A DNA stretch of 64,000 nucleotides from Dimorphilus gyrociliatus (taxonomy: Eukaryota; Animalia; Annelida): the NCBI GenBank assembly GCA_904063045.1, contig CAJFCJ010000022.1:62001-126000 (forward strand), read 5' to 3'. The translations under genes were made by a program, and so were the position numbers. Below are positions 1 to 12,294 of this stretch, piece by piece (the stretch's first letter is position 1; every line of letters starts with the position of its first letter). The notes under the pieces are model-generated. The model was not told the origin of the DNA. It worked only from the letters and a program-made list of their open reading frames with translations, and did no database searches.

Positions 1-149
1 CCTGCAAAGCAAGGATTTTTGGAACATAAATCAGTTGTCAGGGACACTCTTCCATTTTCAGCAGATGATTCATTCAATACTGAAGTCTCATCACCTAGTG
101 AAACGATGACTTGCCCCAGAAGGAGACAAACCCATATAACCCGTAACAT
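1..149 (-). CDS. N-terminal exon of a secreted EGF-domain protein (partial; continues off the left edge)
   Basis: Minus strand translates MLRVIWVCLLLGQVIVSLGDETSVLNESSAENGRVSLTTDLCSKNPCFAG: a signal peptide followed by the start of an EGF motif (C-x2-NPC). The ATG lies 1 nt after an AG acceptor. A 5'UTR intron spans 217..151 (GTAAGT...TTTAG). Confidence 0.7.
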   Translation of the reverse strand, partial: MLRVIWVCLLLGQVIVSLGDETSVLNESSAENGRVSLTTDLCSKNPCFA

Positions 150-217
150 TCTAAAAAGACAAAATATTGTCAATAATAAATAAAAAATGCGAAGAAGTTG
201 TTAAAATTCATACTTAC

Positions 218-300
218 ATAGTTTTAAGGCAGAGTCTTTTCTTCCTTAAGCGACGTTATGGCTACAACGCAACGATAAAGAAAAGTCATCGGCTTTTATA
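218..300 (-). promoter_or_regulatory. TATA box and short non-coding first exon of the left-edge EGF gene
   Basis: TATAAAAG at 300..293 on the minus strand, followed by a short exon ending in a GTAAGT donor at 217. Confidence 0.55.
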
Positions 301-1185
301 GCAAGAATATCGGAATTATCTAGATCACTTTTTTAGTGAGTTCGTCGCTTTGAACAGTTTTTTTAATTTATTTTCGGATGTTTTGCCACGCGATAGTATT
401 TTTTATTGGAGAAAAAAAAGGAATCATTGGACTTGTTTAAGCTGAAAGACAAAAAAAGCATGCTACAAATTTTTTATAGCGATCAATTTGAACGGAAGCA
501 TTTTTTTTAAGAACGATGGAGAATTGACGTCTGCAGCTGTCATTTTCTATTAGTTTATAATTTTCCAGTTATTGAAATGTTGATGAAGAAAGTTTTATCT
601 TGAAAAAGAACTATTTCCGGAATGGTACTTTATACAAGAAGTACATTCATTCGAATAAAGCTAATTCTATTAAAGTTGCGAACATATAAGTTTATTCCAC
701 AATTGATGGAATATTAATAATTATTATTATCAATTCAAAATAGATATCCAGTAATATCTTCATATCCAAAATTTAGAAAAAAAAATAATTTTTCCAGATG
801 GTTTAAAACATATAGCCTATACTGTATATTTTTTAAATCTTTCGATAGCTTCTATCCTTTTGCCTCATTTCATAGATATTCAACGCAGATCTATTTTAAA
901 GAAACGTGAAAATACAAACTAAAGAACTCTGAAGTGATGAAAAATAAAACTGGAATTACAGAATATTTGCTGGAAGTAAACATTTTACACTTACGAATGT
1001 GTATTCATAATGTTTTCTCAGCATTTAAGACTAAAGAGAATGTTCTGTATGAATATCATTTTTTAGTAATGATTGTTCTTCTTTCAGTAGACATATTAGA
1101 ATAAAAGTTGAAATGAAATATTCAGTATATTACTTTGCAACCTACAAACTGTTCATTCAGTAATGATAGACAAAAAGTTTAGGCG

Positions 1186-4100
1186 ATGCGTCTCAGCTTC
1201 TCGCTCTCCTTCTCATTCATGGTAAACTTTTTAGTGATAACAGCATTCGAAAATCGTATATTATGGAATTCATTTCAAAGAGTAGCTCTCCATGGTGGTA
1301 ATGAAGGTAAACATCTCTCTCCATCTCTTCTCTCTGTCTCTCTCTCTCTCTCGTTTCTTGTCTTCCTCTGTATTTGCACAGCGTATATTTTAACATAGAT
1401 CAAGATGTATTCAATTTAATATATAACTGACGAAATTATAACGGTAATAAAATTTAAAGAGTAAAACTTTCAGCCTTAAACATTCGCCCTAATTCTTCAA
1501 ACATTGACAATATAAGAAACCTCAGCGTATTTATCAAACATGTTGAATGGAAAAAAGATGAAATTGATTGCCTAGTTTTTATGGGAAATAGTGAGGATAT
1601 AAAGAAATGGTTTAAAGCAGTAAAATTATCATCATTTTTTGTTTCAATTATTTATTCTAATTCTGCTTCGAATAATTTTAGACAATTAAAAACATTCATT
1701 CAAGTTTTTCCTATTCCAAATTTCATTGGATGTTCATGATAAATGATAAAAATAATTCGACGAATTTGGATAATCTTGCTGATTATTTTCAAAATCTCAC
1801 TCACGCCGTCATTGCATATAAGGTTAATTACATATTTCTCTTATTTCCTATTTTATAGTATATGATTATATATTTTTTCATTTGCAGCGAATGGAAAACT
1901 GGAAACTTTCCACATTTCTGTTTGATCAGTTGAATCATAAATACTGGAAAGAGTTAAAAGATGGATATTTGAACAAGTGGAGTTTATTTCCAAATTCCAA
2001 ATTTGGTTTAAATGGAATAAAATTAAGAATTATGACAAATAACGTATATATATATATATACTGTATATATGTATATATGTATGTACATATGTACGAATAT
2101 TTTTTTGTAATGCCATCACTTAAAAGGCTTAACAAATTAGCAAAATTCAATTTACATTATAAGTGATAATATAAGAAAAGTATAAGGGAACAATATGACG
2201 ATAAAAAATATATAATAAAAATAACTTTGTTACACTAACCTTGTTTTAGTTAAAGCCTATTAGTTGTTTTTTCCACTAATTAACCAAATACGACGTGGCA
2301 GACATATAAAAAAATAACCTAAAATGATGATAATATAAAAAATATCTTACAAAAAATGATAGAGTTGGACTCATACGTAGGGGAATAAAAGACTAGAACT
2401 AGAAAAACAGACAACAAAAAAAAGTGAGAGAAACAAAAAGTAATGTGTTATATATATATATAAATAGAATGTATAGTTTTGATTAAAAGTAAAATTAAAT
2501 CGTATATAACTTTATATATCATATATCATTATTAATTAACTATTTTCTAATGGTTTTCTTTCTTGTTGAAAACTAGTGGCCGTTCTTTGTTGATTCAATT
2601 CCCGGAAAGAATGGACAATTTCAAGGAATATCGATTGATTTATTACATTTTCTTGCGCAAGATTTAAATTTTACGTAAGAAAGATATCATTAAATAAATC
2701 AATGTCAATCTAAATTGAATGTTTTTGTTTGTTTTTCCATTCTGCGAATAATTCTAAATAGTTACGATGGTCCTTTCCTACCTGAGAATAGGGAATGGGA
2801 TGGATTGACTGCGGCCTTAGTAGAAAATGTTATTTATTCATACATAAACACAAAGCTTATTTTATATGAAACATACCACTTTCCTGTTCAAATATATGCT
2901 TTTTTATTTATTTATAGAAGGCTGATGCAGTATTTACGGCATTTTCGGCTACGGATAATAGGAAAAAAATAATTGATTTTACAGTACCATATTACTACGT
3001 TAGACCTTCTCTACTATTTCGTAATCATCTAGAAAATTTTGACGACAAAAGTCTCTTTTTTATTAAGCCATTTTCACTGAATGTATGGATTTCTTTAGGT
3101 AGTTCTTCTATTTTTATCATTTTAAAATATTCATTAATATACATTTTTCTGACATTCCCCTTTTGATTAATACAGTTGTTGCAGTATCTTTCATGGGACT
3201 TTTACTAAGAATTATTGACAGATGTCAAAATCAATTCATTTTTAGTGGGGAACATTTATTTTTTGTTGGAAGTTTATTAAATCAAGGTGGATGTTATAAA
3301 TTTGATAATTCCGCTATAAGAATAATTGTGTCAAGTTGGTGGTTATTTGTAATAACTGCAATAGCTATTTATTGCGGGAATATTTTTGCGAATTTGACTG
3401 TATATTCAAAGAAATTACCTTTTGAATCTCTTGAAGAGTTAATCGACAATAAAGAATACTCGTTTACAATTTTATCGGGAGGAGCTTTTAATTCAGTTTT
3501 TAGGGTTAATATTCTTATATTAATATAGGTTATATGGTAGTAAGGACACATAGAGAAATTTAGAAAATAACATAAATGATGATTGGCTGATTACTTTGGC
3601 TAATTACTTTATTTAATCTTTTCACTTTTCGTAGGATAGTAAAGATGAAATATACCAACAACTTTATAGAAATTTAGAACAAACCCTTCAACGGAGACCA
3701 GAACTAAAAACTACTGATTTTGAGGAAATGATACGATTCACTTTAAAAGGTCGAATAGCCTATCTAAATGGTGGTGGTGAAGATATAAGGGGAAGATATC
3801 CTGAATTAACAAATATTCCAACTGGTATTGGATTTTCAATGTATATCATAGGCCTCCAGAAGGGCTCATACTACACTAACCTAATGTCATCCTCGTACGT
3901 TTCAATAATTGACACTTTAATAAATTATCACTAACAGCTAATGTAACTCTTTGTTCAATTGTTTTAAAAATAGAATTTTAAAAGCTATTCAAAGTGGTTT
4001 CATAGAGAAATGGAGAAGGCACTGGTTGAAAATTAAGAATAATGATGTTTCAAGGCAAAATTCTGGCTTTAATGCAATAGTTCTAAGTGTAACATTAAAA

Positions 4101-4205
4101 GATTTATCGAGCGTCTGTTATGTATTAGGAGTGGGAATTCTATTGTCATCATTTACATTAATAGTAGAGATATTGATAATAAAGATAAAATGCAGAATAT
4201 CATGA
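1186..4205 (+). CDS. Divergent ionotropic receptor (iGluR-family IR), copy 1; 10 exons
   Basis: Hand-spliced in frame: signal peptide, short N-terminal region, S1 (WPFFVD...GISIDLLHFLAQDLNFT; ADAVF...RKKIIDFTVPY), M1, pore GSLLNQGG, M3 AIYCGNIFANL, S2 (PFESLEEL), M4 and stop at 4205. Confidence 0.9.
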
Positions 4206-5621
4206 GAAGAATTCTAAAAAATTACAACAGTCTGTTCAATAAAAAAAGAAAAAACTGTACTATACTATATGTAAATATACAGTATAAATATATCCAATAC
4301 ATACACCAACGTCAACTGTAACGGTTTTATATTACACTCTAGTATTATAAAGTGAAACAGTTTAGACAATGTTCAAAAATGACTTGAAAAATTGAACTAT
4401 GAGTTTTCTATCATTGCGGCAATTACCTCAGCGACTCTTAACCTTATTAAACAAAGATCAAAGTAGCCGGTATTCACCTCAAATAGTAGCGAAATAAAAT
4501 ATTTGAATTTCTACTTTACATTGTTTGAACATGTATTGATATCACTTTATCATTAAATTGAACCCAGCTATTAAGCAAGATGTTAAAAATTAATAATAAA
4601 AATGATGAAGATTATAAAAGAGAATCGCTCGAAGAAGAGTTAGGAGAACTATGAAAAAGGGAAATGGTGAAAGGTTAATTAAGCAAGTGAAGTGTGATCG
4701 ATCTGTTAAAGTGGTTACAATTGACTTGAACGAGACAAAAGATAGATAGAGTAGCTTAATATGAATCCGATTTGATCTATAGGAACCATTGCATTTCATG
4801 TGAAATAGAGTCTTGTAGAGAGAATAGGGTAAATTAAATGAGACTAATATTTAAGAATTTTGCCTAATGTAATTTGCAAGTAGTGTTTGTAATAAGGTAC
4901 TTTACAAGATAGAGAGATGGCATTTTTTAACCTAACCTCGACACCATTATGGCGCTTATCCTACATTTTTCATACTTTCTAACCTCTAACACGAATCTAA
5001 CTTGATATTGTTTTTCCTATTCCAACAAAAAAAACTATTGTTTGATTTTCTTAGAAGGATTTGAATCTTGTTACCTAAGATACAATGTAGAAGGACTGTT
5101 TGTCTAGTAATCATATCATCTATGAATTATGTTGTCTACGAGTTATCTTGTCTAGCTGTTGACCTAGACCCAAATATTATGAATACTTTTCTCCATATAG
5201 GATACACTATACGATAATATAATAAGAATAGTATTTTAAGTATAGTTTATGCATTTATCGGTATAGATTGTATCATCTATTTTGGTACATTGATTAAGAT
5301 AAATTAGTTAATTGATTAATTATAAAAATTGTTACCAAACTAATAAATTCATCTTTCTTCTAAAAGAGTTATTATTTATCGATAATGCTAATTCTTGTAT
5401 CTTAATTACAATAAACAAAGACTTGAACGATTTTCTTCTCCCTTTTCTACGTTTTAAGCCTAGAATGATAAATTAATAATTAAGTATATAATACTAATAA
5501 AGGGGGAAAAAATAATAGTATTATTTACATTCGGTGTTCGATTAGCGGTATTTCAATTCCACGTTACTTTTAATTTGGACATATCTAGTATAATGATTGA
5601 AGGGAGAGAACGCTTCTGATC

Positions 5622-8107
5622 ATGTATAAAATTCTCTTCTTTTTCATATTTTATATGCTGATTTTATTAAAACATGATGTAAATTCACAATCATCAATTT
5701 TAATAAAGCAATCAATTAATTGGACATCTTTTGATCAAGTTGCAGCTTACGGAGAAAATTTAAAAGGTAGATTATTTCTTTCTTTCTCTCTTTACCATTA
5801 AAAGAGATATTTCATTATAGAATTTAACGCTTTATTCGATGGATTAAATTTAATAAAATTAACAAATTTAAATGAATTTGTCACTATTTTAAAAAAGTTA
5901 AAAAATGATATTGAATTGATTACGTTAGTTGGAGGAAAAAGGAAGATAATTGAATGGTTTAAACAAGTAAACTAATTTATTTATTACTAATATCATATAT
6001 ACTTGTAAATATTCTATATAATGATAATATCAATTGGTATATATTTTCATAGATTTCATCGTCTATTCACAAAAGCTATTCAATAATAAAATTTAAATGG
6101 TTGTTCGTTTTCCATAATATAGATGACTTGAAAGATAACTTTAATATACTGCCCATTAATGATATTATTAATATAGCTGTTACTGGATTGGTGAATTTCA
6201 TTATTTAAATTTTTCTTATTTCCTATTAATTTAAAAGTTTCTTCTCTTTTTTCTGTTGAAATTATAGAATTCAACCGATATTTATACTTTGGCATTTGAT
6301 AAGAATAATTACAGATATTGGTGTAGAGTAAATAGAACTGAAGAAGCCATTTTGAATCCTTTTAATTTATATCCAAATCTCAATTATGGTTTTAATAGAA
6401 TGAAATTAAAAATATTAACTAATCTAGTAATGAACACGTTTATTAATTAATTGTGTAGTAAGCAAATAGAGATAATTATACGATATTTCAATAGTGGTCA
6501 CCTTTTTCCGAAATGAATGAAGATGGACAATTCATTGGAATAGCTATTGACCTACTTAAACATGTTGCTAAAGATTTGAATTTCACGTAAGAAAGGATAT
6601 GTTATATTTGACATTATATATACTCTATATATTATTACAGATATGACCTATTTCTACCAAGAGATGGAAAATGGGGTAGTGTCTCTTCAAACGGAACATG
6701 GAATGGTATGATAAGAGATTTACTCGATAAAGTTAATATAATAAAATGAGAAATAAGATACATTTTATGATCAATTTTAACTGAAATATCTTAAATATTC
6801 CCTTTAGCAAGCTGATGCGTCTTTTGCACCGTTCACTGTTGTTAAAAGTAGAGCTGAAGCTGTCGATTTTACGACATCGTATTATTTTTTTCGTCCAGCA
6901 ATATCTTACAAGAACCATCTAACAGATTCGAAAACTGCTAGAAAACTTCTCTTCTTAAAGCCTTTTTCGTCTTTGTTATGGGTTCTTCTAGGTAATAATT
7001 CAATATTATATCGCTATATGTTGAAAAAAAAGCTGCTATTAACGATAGATGGCGTTATCGTACTGATTTTTAGGTTTAGTAACGCTTTTGGTTGGATTTG
7101 TTTTAAGATTTTTTGAAAGACCGGCTAATAAGTTCATATACAGCGTTGAGCATTTATTTATATTTGGAAGTTTGATAAATCAAGGAGGAAGTATTACTGT
7201 CAACAGAGGAGCTAGTAGATTATTTTTATCTGCTTGGTGGGTGTTTGTTATAACAATTGTGGCTACATATAGTGGGAATATTATTGCTAATCTCGCTATT
7301 CGCCGTGTATCATATCCGTTTAATTCTTTGGAGGAGCTCGCCGAAAACAACGAGTATAGATTAGTTCTACTAGAGGGCGCTGCTTATGAATTAATTTTTA
7401 AAGTTGTAAACAAGTTTTAATAGTTTTATATAATAAAAACTCTTTATAAAAATTTAGGAATCGAATAGTACAATTTATAAAAAATTATGGAAGCAACTTC
7501 AGGAAGATGCAAAAGAGACACCGGATATGTTTACGTCAGATTACGATGCATTAACAAGATTGGTAAAGAAGGTTTGCTGTTGAATGCATTGCAAAACTGC
7601 TAATAACAATTGTAATGTTAACAATTTAGGGTGGTTACGCGTTCTTAGACGATGGTTTTGAGACTAAAGCTCTAAAACATAGAGATTTGACTTTTATAAC
7701 AATTGGAATAACATTCTCCACCTATGCCATTGCAGTACAGCCAGGATCGTATTATCAATATATCATATCAGAGTCGTAAGTATCAAAATGAATTGTTGAA
7801 ACAACTAATAAGAAAAAAAAAACAAACAAATAGCATTCTCAAGGCTCTCGAAAATGGATTGATAAATTTATGGGAAAGGAGAATATTTCGAGAACATCAC
7901 TATTTATCCGAGTCATCAACAGGATTTCATTCGTATATACGTAAAATAGTCTTATTTGATATCGTTGAAGTATTTTACGTTCTCTTCTTCGGTCTTTTCG
8001 TATCGAGTGTTGTTTTATTCTATGAAAGATATTTTCATCATTTAAAATATTTTTTCACAAAGAAATTCTGTAATCTTTTCAATAGAAATGCAAAAATTCA
8101 ATACTGA
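5622..8107 (+). CDS. Divergent ionotropic receptor, copy 2; 11 exons
   Basis: MYKILFFFIF... signal peptide; S1 GIAIDLLKHVAKDLNFT, DGKWGS...WNGMI, ADASFAPFT...RAEAVDF; pore GSLINQGG; M3 ATYSGNIIANL; M4; all introns GT-AG and in frame. Confidence 0.9.
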
Positions 8108-9339
8108 AATAATAAAATTAGTCTTAAAGAATAAACCTCAATTCTATTAGTTTAAATATACATTAGTATATACAATATAAGGAATTTATTGAAGATTTTA
8201 TACATGCAACAATATATATATATATATAAAATATATGTGTAGTTTTTTTATCTTTAAGCGATTGTCTTCTTCTCTTTAAACTTATTTGTGCACAGCCAAT
8301 AAAAAAACGTAGTAAATTCCACTCATTATGAATAAATTTGCATATTTAAATAATTTTTCCTTTTTCGATTTGAAATAATACCATAGAGGAAAACATTACA
8401 CAACTATTAACCCTCTCGTAGATTGATTGTTTTTTCCATTTTTAGCTATGAAAGCCTATAAGTAGTTATCGCTCGCATTAATTCACTTATTAGAAAATCT
8501 CTGATAGAACTCTCTCTCCCTCTCTGTCTCTCTCAAAGTGAAACATTCTCTCTACGGTATATCTATTCCATAGATAATAACGTATTTTGTACGAAACAAA
8601 TAGCTCTTATTACAAAAATTGTTTTTTCGTTTACTTCCGAGAACAGCTGTGTGTAAAAAAAAATTAATTAGTGTATTTATTATTTAAATGAACCACTTAT
8701 ACAATATAACCTATAAAAACTATAGTAGTGTAGATGGACTGTCTATGGACGTAGATAAATATATAGTGATACTTATTACTAATAAAATGGAAAGAAGTAA
8801 ATAGCATTGTTGTTTTTATAAATTAATTCTATGAATTAAATGGTGTTTTGCATTATTTTATTTATAGCTTGCCAATTGCTATACTATCATCTACATGGAT
8901 TGTTATTGTATCGTATGAATGCGCGTGGAGTAGTTAAATATTACTTATGTTATTAATTGAGCTGCTAGTTCCGTCTGTAGAGCCTTTACTGCTGACATAA
9001 TTAATAAGGTTATGTACGGATATTATTTAATTAATGTATGCATATAGCAATAATATTTCAAACATAATTCTGTTGGTCAACGTTTTAAACATTAACCATT
9101 AATCTAATAACTGAATTTGTATTATTATATAAATTGGAAAAAGATAAAGAGATACAGGATGTAAAAGGAAAAAAGAAAGAAATGAAATATAGATAGACCT
9201 ATAGCACATACATGGAATTAATAGTAATCGTTTTTATTCATTTACGATTTATAGTCACAGGAGAACGCATCTCGCCTGCATACGTTTTGTTTCTGTTTCT
9301 CATTGCTGTTATAAATGGGATAAATACAATCTCTAAATT

Positions 9340-11917
9340 ATGGTTGCTCTTAGCATTTTATACTTGATTAGTTTATTTTCAATTTCTTCAACAAATTTGT
9401 TGATCTCAGTAAAATGGAAAATCAACTGGAACGACTTTCAGACGTCAATAATATGTTCAAAATATAATTGCAGTAGGTATATTAGTGTAAATAAACTAGT
9501 ATATAGTTTTCTTGTATATACATATACTGTACTGTCTATACTGTTTACCTAATAATTATCCAGATATTCAATATACTTCTCGTGAAGATCAATTCAATTT
9601 ATCAAGTCAGATGGATTTATTTGAAAAGTCTATAAGAGAGGAAAAGATAAAAATTGATTGTATACTAATATATGGAAATTTTATAAATGTTTATAACATA
9701 TTTAGAAAGGTATATATAATTTTAAATATCATCATTAGTAAAATTATTAAAAGTATAATCTACAAGACATCGTTAAATATCGATATATTTAATATTTCTA
9801 TTCATATTAATATACAATATATTTTTTAAGTTATTAATAATTTAACTATAAATGCTATTTTTACAGATTTACACTTCTGTACATGAAACTTATTCGATTG
9901 TGAAATTTAAATGGATATTTTTAATTGAAAATTTTCAATACGATTATATTTCGTTAACTAAATTTAATCATATTGTCAATATTGCTATTATTTACCAGGT
10001 TCTTTTAATAAAACTTTCTCCCTCTTTGTCTCTCTCTCTCTCTCTCCCTCTTGCTGACTTTCGTTCTATCTATCTCTCTTTTCTCTTTTATTAATAAAAT
10101 CTATTGTTTAATTGAAAATTTATAGGCAAAGAATAAGACTCTTCAATATTCAAATTTATCATTTCATCGTGACAATAATGGAAATAGACTATGGCAGTTT
10201 TGGGGTAACATTGGTAATAGATCTCTGTCAAATCTACTACTCTTTCCATATTGTAACTATGGTTTGAATAAAATGAAATTAAGAATAGCAACGAAATCAG
10301 TAAGTCAAAGGAAGTTATAATTGTCTTTGATAAAATGTGTTTCGCCATTTCAAAGTGGCCAGCTTACTCTGCGTGGAATGAAAATATTGGAAACTTTGAA
10401 GGACTGTCTATTGAATTATTGAAATATGTCATGAATGATTTAAATTTCACGTAAGTGCAGCTAGGTGTAAAAATAGAATACTGGACGTATCTATTTCTCA
10501 CGCGATTGTTTAATACAGTACTGAAAAAATACAAACACCAGAAGATGATAAATGGGGTAGCTTGGAGAATAATACGTGGAATGGACTAATAAAAATGTTA
10601 ATGGATAATGTAGGGTCTATTAGTATAAGTTCAATTATTAAAAATTGCTGTTGTTCCTTTCTCTTGTCTTTTAAAATAGAAAACTGATGCAGTATTTGCT
10701 CCTCTAACTCCTCTTAAAGATAGGCAAGATGTAATGGACTTTTCGCTACCTTATCATTTTGTAAGGCCAATGTTAATATTTAAAAATCATCTTCATGAGA
10801 ATAATTCAAATGAGCGTGGGGAATTCTTTTTTCTTCAACCTTTTTCGAATATTACCTGGATATTGATATGCGTTTCCGTCGCTGTAATGGGTTTCCTGTT
10901 AATGGCTTTGGAGAAGCAAAAATCTTATATTTTCAGCACTGAACACTTATTCTTTTTGGGAACTTTATTCAATCAAGGAGGAGGATACGGTATAAATTCT
11001 AAAGGTTACGTAAGAATAATCCTATCCGGATGGTGGATATTTTCAATAACAATGGTCGCCTTTTTCTCTGGAAAAATAATAGCGGATTTGGCTGTTTATA
11101 AAGCCAAGTATCCATTCGATACGCTAGAAGATTTGGTTTATAGTAAGGATTATACGCTAATCACTTTAGGAGATGCCGCATACGAATCATTATTAAAGGT
11201 TAAAAACAAATTAAACACCAATAATATATATCAAACAGTAAGCGTAACAGTTTGATTATATTCGTAAACTATAGAATAGTAAAAGTTGGACATACCAAGC
11301 ATTATGGGCGAAAATAGCGAAAGCTGCTAGGGATAATCCAGATGTTAGACATACGGATGAGAAGGTTATAATACAATTAGTCCTAAATGTCAGTATGAAT
11401 ATATTATCTATAAGCTTTCATTTAAAGTTAACAATGCATTACATGAATATTCTCCATCATATGAAAAAAAGGGAGGATACGTATTTCTTACGGGTGGATA
11501 CGAGCCCATAATCAACAATCATCCGGAATTATCTATCAAGAATATGGGTATATCGTTTTCAACTTATAACGTTGGTGTTCAAAAAAATTCATACTATAAC
11601 GTTCTAATGTCCAATTCGTAAGTAAATGTAAAGTGAATTGAATAGAATAATATATATCCCCTCTTCTCCGTATAATCAACAGAATCTTGAAAGCACAACA
11701 TTCAGGTATGATTGGTAAATGGAAAAAACAGTTTCTATCAACTCCTAAATTGAAAATATTCGAAAAGACAAGATTTAAGTCGACTATCTCAAGAGTTTCA
11801 TTAAGAGATATTGCGCATATATTCTACATAGTGATATTAAATATTTCAGCTTCACTTTTGACGCTAGTACTGGAGATCCTCTTAGTCAAATTGAAATACT
11901 ATAATAAGTATAAATGA
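9340..11917 (+). CDS. Divergent ionotropic receptor, copy 3; 10 exons
   Basis: MVALSILYL... signal peptide; S1 GLSIELLKYVMNDLNFT, DDKWGS...WNGLI, DAVFAPLT...RQDVMDF; pore GTLFNQGG; M3 AFFSGKIIADL; M4; stop at 11917. Confidence 0.9.
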
Positions 11918-12294
11918 TTATATTGAAAAGAAAAAAAAAACAATCAGTTTCCTCAAATCGTTTGTTTGTTTGTTTGTTTTTACTCAAAAGAGAAATTAAA
12001 ACCCAAAAGAAAAAAATGAAAACTATTTTTTTATTTTGAGTTTTTTTTTTATTAAAAAAAAAATATCTAAAAAATAAAATATTCCTTCTTATCTTATTTT
12101 GCTTAAGAGTTAAGTTAAAATAATAAGAACACTGTTACTGTTATAATCTTCTTTTTCTAAATTCTCTTGAATAGACTAAAATTTGAACGAAAAATAAAAA
12201 TAAAAATAAAAGAAAATAAATAATAAAAATAGAAAAAAAATATTTTGAATAAAAAATAAATTTGTATGACTAGTTCTGTGAATAAATTACTGTA

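Noticed and set aside
4575-4800. Purine-rich stretch with short ORFs between IR1 and IR2
   Set aside because: Frames are interrupted by stops, and there are no IR or transposase motifs or clear splice signals.
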